This document shows positions 1-10,100 of a DNA stretch of 29,473 nt, piece after piece. The notes under the pieces were generated by a model, which was given only the letters and a program-made list of their open reading frames with translations, was not told where the DNA came from and did no database searches. Position numbers and translations under genes: made by a program. The stretch covers positions 1 to 29,473 of the forward strand of contig JBHGNT010000388.1 of the NCBI GenBank assembly GCA_043228905.1. Reading direction: 5' to 3'. This DNA comes from Azolla caroliniana (Eukaryota; Plantae; Polypodiophyta). Position 1 is the stretch's first letter. The number at the start of each line of letters is the position of its first letter.

Positions 1-109
1 AGAGAGACACACACACACACAACTTGCTTTTAGAGATAGAGATAGAGAGAGATACACACAACTTGCTTTTAGAGATAGAGATAGAGAGAGATACACACAA
101 CTTGCTTTT

Positions 110-140
<31 letters not shown>

Positions 141-202
141 GAGAGAGATAGAGACACACACACACACACAACTTGCTTTTGGAGAGAGAGAGAGAGAGAG
201 AG
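1..202. repeat. Compound repeat: 39-bp unit with embedded (GA)n/(CA)n microsatellites
   Basis: Anchor AACTTGCTTTT recurs at about 21, 60, 99 (period 39) and 170, separated by GAGATA/GA/CA runs. This explains the low-complexity ORF 24..341. Confidence 0.9.
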
Positions 203-446
203 ATCAACGCCGTGTATGTGCGATCCACCAGATAAGACAGACACAGAGACAGACACAGAGACAGGCAGGCAGGGAAAACAAAAACTCGTTCCGTTCCATT
301 CCATTCGTTTGATCAGAAGAAAGAAGCAGCTGAGCTTTTAGAATAGAAAGACCCTCTTCTTTCTTTCTTTCTTTCTGCTTGTCTCACCTTGCAGCTGCAA
401 AAAGAAGAAGCGGGAAGAAGAAAAGGATCAATATTACTTATCCAAC

Positions 447-1817
447 ATGATTGGATACACGAATGAGCTTCCTTTCCCCTCAGGTACTTATTTCTTTCTC
501 ACAAAACCCTAAAGATCCCCCTTGTTTTATCCCGAAAGCCTACGCACATTTTATATCCCAAATCCAATGCCGTAAATCATAGGAACCCTAAAATCCTAAA
601 AATCATAAACCCTCCCATGTCCATGATGTGACGGATCATCACAATACAACATACACAATATTATTTTGTTATGTTATGGGATCATATATGTGTCTGTATA
701 TAGTAACCCTACAATGTCCATCAAAGGATGTACTTTGTTGATGCTACTATTTATATCTTGACATTTGTATTAATGGTGATGCATGCTGCCTAGGCATGTT
801 TGCTTCGAACCAAAAGGAACTCAAGATCTGTGAGGCATTAAAACATTCTGTTTGTCCTATAAAATCTAAACTCTACCATACCCATGATATGGCATGTGCA
901 TGTAACATTGATATTTAAATATATGTTGACATTAAAAATGATGTGCATTGTTTAGGCCCTAGGGATGCTTCATTCTTCTCAAAACCTTGAGGCAATTGAG
1001 AAATTATGGCGCTCAATTGGTCTTCCTAAACTATAATCTCTTCAACTATACGTATGATGTGATATTTGTATGTAAAGCCATTATATGTATGCAAATGTTT
1101 TGACATTTAAATAAATGGTGCATAGGAATACCAGTTCCTCCTTCCCAAAACTGCCCCAAGTCGTTCAGAGAATCAATTGGTTCAGATTTATATGATCGGG
1201 TAATGCGATGGAACGATTCAGGTGCTGTTGCTGCCTTGCATGCCACAGAAACCAAGAACGGCGCATCTACTGATGGTGAATTGGAGAATTGGGAGAGAGA
1301 AGAGATGTCTCCTGTCTCAGTTCTTGATTTATCGAAGAAGCTCAAGGAGTTTGGAGCTGGACTAGTATGCCACCATAAAAAGGAATCATGTTTGCTAGAT
1401 CATGTTTACAAACAACGGGAACAAGAAAAGAAACCTGTGTTTCTAGTTGGTGATGGTAATCCAAAAGGAGATGAGGGTACTTCATTCCATAAATTGATGG
1501 ATGTGGAAGCAATTAATGTGAATCATATGGACAATATTGAGTTGGTTAGAGGTGATTCTAGAGCTTCTGGTCGGGGTGATTCTCGCATAGAACTACCGTC
1601 TGATGTAACTAGGAAAGGAGGTGGTTCCAGCCACAATCGAATGTTTCTATGTGGTGGTTGGCCTATTCATCGACTGGAGCAACCACTACAGTGGTCGCAT
1701 GTATTCAGAAGTGTTGTGCCAAAGTCGAAGCGCAAGCCATCCAACTTCAACCAATTCTGGAAGAGGATGACCATTAAAGTCTCCAGGAAAAGTGAGGCAG
1801 GAGACAAAGCGAAGTAA
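447..1817 (+). CDS. Hypothetical plant protein, ~242 aa, two exons (447-483, 1126-1817)
   Basis: ATG 447, donor CAG|GTACTT after 483, acceptor CATAG|GA at 1126. The phase-1 join is in frame with the 204-aa ORF 1203..1817 (MIGYTNELPFPSGIPVPPSQNCPKSFRESIGSDLYDRVMRWNDSG...). The frame is also open upstream to a strong acceptor at 394/395, so the true start may be further 5'. Confidence 0.65.
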
Positions 1818-3144
1818 AATCCAAGCACATGCTTGTTGTAAACTCGTATAATTTCTCTCTAACTAACACACTAGATAATATATGTACATATACAGGAAAG
1901 GAGGGAGGAAAAAGTTAATTCTTTAATTCTTTTGGGCGCTAGCTAGCTTTTGTAATGATGCCAAACTTGTTTCCTGTTTCATTCCCTTTTAATTTAATAT
2001 GAGAAGTATTTTGAGTGACTATATCTGGATATTCTTCATTAGATTTGAGATATCAGCAAGTATTAGCACATCCATGGTTCAAGTAAGGTGAAAAGTTATT
2101 CTGTTGGATTGTTCTTAAGTATCATTGGGTCTGTCAATAATTGATTTCAGAAAGTTAAAAGCTTCAAATGCATTTTTCATGAATCAAGACTGCTTAGATA
2201 AAAACCGGGGTTTCAAATTAGAAAATTGCAAGTCACCATGCATCAATAGTGTGCTTACTGTTTGAAATTCTCATCTCTTGACTGGATCCTCTCATAACAA
2301 GTAAAATATATGCAAGTGCTAGTGAACCTCAAGTCGAAAACATGCATTAACATGATCCATGCTCTGTCTCTATATCGATAAGCTTACAATTATATTAATT
2401 GCATGTAAAAACCACCATTACAACCATTAAATCTTCTCTATTAAGGTAGAGGGTTATTCTCTAAAACCATCAGAAAACTTGAATATGGACTTGAGGAAAC
2501 GATCCAGGTATGATCCAATACCCAGAAGTGCACTGTGCCACAGGTAAGAATACCTTTCAATTTCCTAATGTATGCTCTGTCTCTCTCTCTCTAAGATTCC
2601 TTATATATACACATGTGCAAGTTGTTTTATCCATACCCCAATATTAACCTTTGATGATTCCACGTTCTACATGATAAATCCATCCCAAGAAACATACATA
2701 AGTACCTCCATAAGTTCACACTAAGACATCAAACATATAATACAAGCAAAAGAAGAGGGCAGTGGCCAAAAAGAAATGGAAACAAGAAAATACATGTGAA
2801 TAAACTAATTTGAAAATATTGATTTAGATCAGTATGATCTAAATCCAAAGCTGTGTAAGTATGATGGTCAGTGGTAAAGCTATGTAACTGCTAAATATTA
2901 CTAGCATAATTATGATATATCAGACATTTATGCTAAAATCATGTACAACAAATTAAGATCAAAGCTCCATAACAAGAGCTCATCAAACCCTACGGGAATT
3001 AAAATCATCCACTCAATAGGAATAAATCCATGATTAAACAAAACTAATTATTGACCAAGTTAGTTGAAAGACATAAGGATTACAAAAACAAATTAGCCTA
3101 AGGATTAATTAACCCAGTTATAGATCCCTATTTCAAGATGATAC

Positions 3145-3650
3145 TTTAAGCTCACTATTGCATCTAACTTTTTATAAACCATAAGAGTTGATTAATCTGA
3201 ATAATCTATAATGATTCTAACTAATTATATGGTGTGAAAGGAATAGAGATTCAAGTTAAACCCATGATTTAAATTCATTGAAACAGAATTGGAGATCAAC
3301 CCCATGTGATAATTTACGTCAACTTTTTATAAATCATAAGAGTTAATTGATATGAATAATTCATAATGATTATAAATAACTATGTAGGTGTGAACGGAAG
3401 AGAGATTCAAGTTAAACCCATGATTAAAGTCATTGAAAAAGAATTAGAGATCAACCCCATATTAGAGTTGGTGTATAATAATTTAAGCTCACTATTGCAT
3501 ACAACTATTTATAAACCCTAAGAGTTAATTAATATGAATAATTCATCATGATTATAACTAATTATAAGGTGTGAAAGGAAGAGAGTGTCAAGTTAAACCC
3601 ATAATTAAAGGCATTGAAAAAGTTTTTGGAGATCGACCCCATGTTAGAGT
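3145..3650. repeat. Three tandem copies of a ~155-180 bp unit
   Basis: AACT(T/A)TTTATAAA...GGTGTGAA(A/C)GGAA...CAAGTTAAACCCAT...GAGATC(A/G)ACCCCAT recurs starting near 3166, 3321 and 3503. Confidence 0.9.
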
Positions 3651-4152
3651 TTAATTTCAATGATTAGATGTTAACATGGAGGATTGTCAGTTATGTATAC
3701 ATATATTTACATAAGTGACAATCCTCACACTATCTTTCTAACCAATTGACAAAGAAAATGAGCTTTCATCTCTTTTTTACATGAGTTTGTAACCCTAAAA
3801 AAACGGAAAGGTCCTAAAACCTAAACCCACATGAAATTGATGGTCTTATATCATGAAATAAGAATTTATTCCCATTCTAATCAATGAGGCATTGGTCAAA
3901 AGACCAATATCAATACAAGATATGTACATGGTATATTTGTTGCTAACTAATATATTTTGGTATATAATAAATAGGTGCACCCTGAAAAGAGCTGGAACTT
4001 GTGATAAAGATATTGATACCATGTTACAACTATATGTTTCATTTGTTGCGTTACATGCCTAGGAGGGAGATGAGAGTATGCATATTGTCCCTTGCTTTCT
4101 TGGATGTGGATCTTAGATTTTGCATGTCCATACATCATATTCAAGTGGTTGA

Positions 4153-7100
4153 TTATCTTGACGCTTGTTCCGAGCTCTGGTTTCCAGCCACAACCATCAA
4201 ATTAGTACTACTTGTTGATCCATTCTCAGCTAATGGAGCAAGTCCCCACTTGCCTTCAGATTCGAGAGGCTCTATTACTTGAACTGAACCATCCGTCAAT
4301 CCGATGGCAAATTGGTTTGGCTCAAATGGATGCGCCGCAATGACAGAAGGATATACCCCAATACTGCAGGCACTCATGAATAATAACCGGATTATATAAC
4401 ATCAATTCACATGAGAGCTTTATATACATTATATGCAAACATATATGCATATGCAAACACGTGCAGATACATATACACATATGGTGTAGTACAAAAAATG
4501 TGATCTAGTTATGTGTATGCATGTGTACACATGCACATATAGGAAAACACCAAAATGATCCTAGCTTTCTGGATTTTGGTAACCTAAAATGCATGTGGCG
4601 GATTATATACATGTGCACGTACCTAGAATTAATAGACGGGGTATAAGCAGAGGAAGCCAAGCGGCATCTCGGCCGCAAGTTCTCAGCCTCGAAGATTCCC
4701 ACTGACCCATCTACAAAACTAGCAAGAACCAGTTGACTGTCACATGAGTAGATTGCATGCGATATCGATGAGGGCATCGAATCACGAGGCGTCCACTGCA
4801 AATTTGAACTTTTATAAATGAATAAAATACCCTGAAAATGTTGAGGATTTTTTTAAGGCATTAATGCCTTTCTATTTTTAATCACCAGTTTCTTGTATTT
4901 GAATACATTGTAATTTTCTGGCAGTATGTGAGATTAGAACTTTAAATATTGCGTACTTTGCTTTTATCAAGAGCTATTAAATCTTCCTGGTGGTATTAGA
5001 AATTGACAAACGTCTGAGTAATTTTCGTCCATAATTCTATTTAAAATCTTAGTGAGACAACAAAATCAAGTTTAAAATGTTTACTGTTTTTCTTTCATAA
5101 TGCATGTTGATCTTAATGGGGAATACAAATCTAAAGCAGTTACTGTTTTTTCTTTCATAATTCTGTTAAATCTGAGTGTGGCTAGAGGTTTAAAGATATG
5201 ATCAATTTCTTTCACAATGTTATTAAATCTTAGTGTAACACAGTCCAAACTGCAAGAAAAAAATACTAACTTGTTTTAATAGCTCTAATTTAGCCGCATC
5301 ATAAATTGCTAATTGGCTCTCATGGGTTACTAAAAGCCTTGTTTGATCCTGATGGAACTGTACACGTGTTTCACTGAAGGCAACTGAAGGTTGACCAGTG
5401 GGTACTTGCAATAACTTGCTTTTACGCTTTTCCCAACTATCGGTATTCCAAACACATAGCTGGAAAGTAAAGCAAAGTTTAGTTTCAGAGACATTAGTTG
5501 ATCAAATGTTTTTAGCTCCAAAGGTATCAATTCAAAAGGAATCAGTTCAAGAACATCAAATAAAAAAGGTATCAATCTTTATGACATTTACCTGTGCATC
5601 TGCTCCCGACGACACAAGTACATTCAGCACGTTGGAGAACGCCAACCCTGTGATCCTTTTCTGGTGACCTTTCAATGTGCTTTTCACCTGCCAAACCATA
5701 AAGGAAATCACACGAATTTCGTAATGCTGGTAACTGACACTCCATGACGATTTAGTAGTTAATTAATAAAAAAAACATGAAAGACACTTCATATTTATGC
5801 TCCACCTTAACTGGTTGATTTGGGCCTAGGTATGTTCAGAACACACAAAGTTTATTCTAATATGCTTGGGTAGCATAACCATATATAACACAAACTTTAA
5901 ACCATGCAAGAGATCCGTTCGTTACCTCGTCAACTCTAACATTGTAGATCTGAATTGAAGAATCATCCATACCGACTGCAATTATATTATTATCCTGCGG
6001 ATGAAATGCAAGATATGTCGCTGCTGGAGGTGGTTGCATATAGGTTGTCATCACCTACGAGAGTTATAAATGAACCCAGTATATCATATGCAAATTCATG
6101 AGAGATCAATAACAAGCTTCCATAGTAAAGAGGTAGAGTATGTATATACTCATGAATTTAACCACATCAGCATGAAACAGACTTGGCAACATGACAATCA
6201 CTGACGAAAATAAAAATAATCACACAGAAAATCATCATGTTCAAAAACCTTGTCATCTGAAGCTGAAATAACTAGAACCCCTAGTGTACATATGTATTTA
6301 ATCACTCTCTATAAACATGTGTTCAATCATCCGGAGAGAATATTTGTATTCCAAAAACAATCCTCACCTTGAAAGTCATCATGTTGAATAATGAGACTTT
6401 GCCACCTGAAGCCGACATGACATACGAATCATTCTTAGATAGTGCTATGCATGGAACAGCCTCCTCTGGATTCACCTCACCAGTATCATTTGTCATCATA
6501 ATTCCACTTGAAGGTTGCCATAGAATTGGAGCCACACTTGCAGTAGCCTAGTGCACAAAATATTCCCATTATTTCAGCTTACTTTTGGATTCCATCACCA
6601 AAGAACCCTTTAACTCTTAAGAACAAACCTTGCTTGTAGGATTGGATTCATTTCGAGTCCATTTCCATAACTTATGAACAGCATTTGAGAAGAGCGCTAG
6701 CACAGCTGATCCAGAATTTGTGTAAATGAGCCTCGAGACCTGAATTGAAACTCTCTTTCTCTCTCTCTCATCTTGCTCCTGTTGCTAGCACACATCTTTA
6801 ATAGAGCTATATGTGAAGGTTTCCCCCTACTAGATGGACAAACCACACCATTGTGACAATCTTCAAGAGTGGAGACCCCATGATGCTGAGCAATTATAGG
6901 ACAGTCATGATTGGCCATTACTTGGTTAAACTATGCGGCTCGATCCTAGAGTCAGAATTGAGGGTATGGGCAGGGAGAAATGACTGCCGTTCAGCTGAAC
7001 AGGCAGGCTTTTCGAAGGGGTTCATAACTTTGGATCACATATGGACTTTTTTACTTTTTTAGTTTCTGTTTCTATTTCTATTTACATACATTTATTTTCG

Positions 7101-10100
7101 TTTGTTGTTCTTCAAGACAAGATAACATTTTAAGATGTAATCCCTTGCTTGGTCTTATTGGTCATTCTTGGCACTTAAAAGATGGTATCTTTCTTTCTGA
7201 CTCACACATGACCATATGTACCACATCCAACATCAGGGAAGCTCAGTTTACGGCATTCTTCTTTTTTCCTTCCCTCCCTCATTCACACACAACATCATAT
7301 ATATCATATCCAACATCAGGGAGGTGTGATTTTCAATAAAAAGGTTTTCCTTCAATTGCACAAAGTCTATGTTAAGAAAACTGGAGTCAACCTTGCATCC
7401 GACTGAACTCTCTTGACAAAACTTTCTTTGATCCAAACATGCTTATCTTGAGAAATATTTAATATATCATTCATCACTCAAATATGTTAGTACTCTCCTC
7501 CTTTTTAAGGACCTAAATATGGATTTTTCACTTGAACACATAGGAAAAAGAGATTTCATAAAAGTTACCTTTGCTGTTGGGCCTGAATCAGGGAGCCGTA
7601 TGCACCTACACTGTGATGCTTCTTTTATTTCCGTTAGTTTCCACGGTTTGTTTTTTTCAGGAGTCTCATTCACAATTCTTGGTTTAACATCTGTACTGCG
7701 GCCAGAATCCACACCATTCTGTATAGGAAAATAGCTTTTTACACCTTGGTAACTCAATATGCATAGCTAATTTTAAGAAGAAGAGATTAATCTGTAGAAA
7801 AATAACACTCATAAAGTCTTATCAGAATTGTTGCATGTCCTAATCCTGCACAATGTCCTACATCTAGCACAGCAGATTCAAAGCTGCTGCTATATTACAA
7901 AAAATTAATTCTAAGAAATTTTAGCATTTTATAATGAAAGTTTACCTTTGGTAAACAAATATTATGTTCTCAATAATTTAATATGCATAGCCAATTCCAA
8001 AATTTCTAGACATCTTATAACGCAAACTTTAGGCTCAATAAGACATACCATGGTGGCAGCGGAAATCGAAGTCTGTAGTACTTTGTCAGCTGTATTGACC
8101 GCAATTGGAGTACTTGTCGAAGGTGCTACTGGTATTGCAGTTGCAATGGGAGGCTGTGTGGATGTATGAACGATGCCACGTCAGATCCTTTTTTGAGAAG
8201 CACACGTTTTATTTCTTGGAATGTGAGAAAATACCTAACCTTGGCATCTGCTTGTCCCCGTGAAGCCTCATAATTCCGTCCTTCTTGTGTCCTTACAAGT
8301 CGAAATCCTTCTGAGTTAGCTAAAATCTTGATCCCATTCTCGCTTGTAACAGCCAACAGTGAGCCATCTTTATTGAAGCGCACATGAGGACTTCCCTGCA
8401 GTATAATGAGTAAAGTATATGTATAAATGCATGTACACACATGACAGAGAGAAAGAGACAAATATAATGTTAAATGTTATAACATCTTTGAAAAGGTCAA
8501 AATAATTTCTGAAACCAAAGTTACATCCATGTGAAGTACAAAAGCAATGTCGCAAAAAAAGGGAATTTACCAACAGTACTTCACTAACAAGGAGCGGGTG
8601 GGAGTGGGAGAGAGACTAAAAATTATGAACCATGTTACACTGGTTGATGCAAATAGAAACAAGAGGTAGTGTTTTCAATCTAGTACTGGTCTACAATGGT
8701 ATCATCCTGTTAATGTACTCATATTTAGGTATTTATATCCATATTAGAGCCCTGTATTACATCGTAACTTACATCTAGTTGATAAGCACAGAGAAGCATA
8801 TAAGCTTGTCCCAAAAGCCAAATTTTCCATCAAAACGGTATTTCTTTTTCTATAAATATTCTGAATTTATGTTTTCATTTGTCTGTGATCATACCAAGAG
8901 ATAATAAAGCATATAAGCTTCTGTCCCTGCTGATACTAGTTTCACTTTTACAGCTAAAATTGGTACCTGGATAACCTAAAGGAGGCTAAAACAGAAAAAA
9001 TATGTGCATGGTTTTTTTTAACACAATGCCTTTAATGATGACATTCATTGCATATATTCCCCAGATAAAAAATCTTACTTGCAGTCCACCTTCAGCATCA
9101 GTTGTCATAAGGATACTCGTACTATCCATATCCCAAAATTTGACCTGGAAATCATCTCCGGCAGCCAGGAAACGGCTCTTTGTGGTATCAAATTGCACAA
9201 TCCCAAGTGAACGCTTGCGAAATCCCATATATTTCCTCTTGATTGTCCCTTCACTTTCATTCCATTCAACCAAGTATGACTCCCACTCTTTGCTTGTTCC
9301 ACATGAAAAGAGCCTTTTTTCATAGAAATGACCATTAAGAGGATAATCAGAGAGACAACAAGAATCATACATTGCTGAATTATCATTTATTTGTAAGTTA
9401 ATAATCAATTTCCAGTTTAAAAAGTATATCACCTTGATCCATCTGAGCTATAAGACATTCTAGTGTACCAATTTCCTGGTGCATCATAATCCACACGTGA
9501 TCCCATATTATCATACAACCATGCCTTGATTTTCCCATCTACTGCTGTCGAGAAAATAAACTGCAGAGGAGAGAGAGTACATAATGTGATCTTTGAACTT
9601 TCCATGTCCGATAATTCTATATACATACAAAGAACACTGTACATTTCATATTTTTGAACAATAATCAAGTTTCAACCATGACAAACATGGTAGGTTTTAT
9701 GTAATAACTGTTAAATTCCTACTGAAAAATATCAGTAGTCTCAAATGATTCATTGTGCAATAATTGGCAAAAGGCAATGAATAATTCGTTCCATAGCTGG
9801 CAAGTTCTGGTGGTACGATGGTATCATGTAACCAAACAGAATCAATCAATTCTGAAAGTGGATTAATTACCTGGATACTTTCTTTATGATGCGGGCAAAC
9901 AGAATAAACAGGTGCTTCATGTCCTTCAAAAGTGTACAGCTTCCTACCAGAAGCCACTTCCCAAATCTATGCAAAGGAATAGATCTTCTAATTTTACACA
10001 ATGCCCAACCTTCCAAAACCATTAAAACATATATACCAAAAAAAAGTACCTTGATTATTTTGTCATCTCCACAGGTTACCACACAAAGTTGCTTATTTGG

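Noticed and set aside
24-341. 105-aa ORF rich in ER/TH repeats
   Set aside because: Translation of a GA/CA microsatellite with a non-ATG start; no coding signal.
9314-9432. Possible U12-type intron (TCCTCTTAAT branch-like motif, no poly-Y tract)
   Set aside because: The donor is GTGATATAC, not the near-invariant U12 GTATCCTT.
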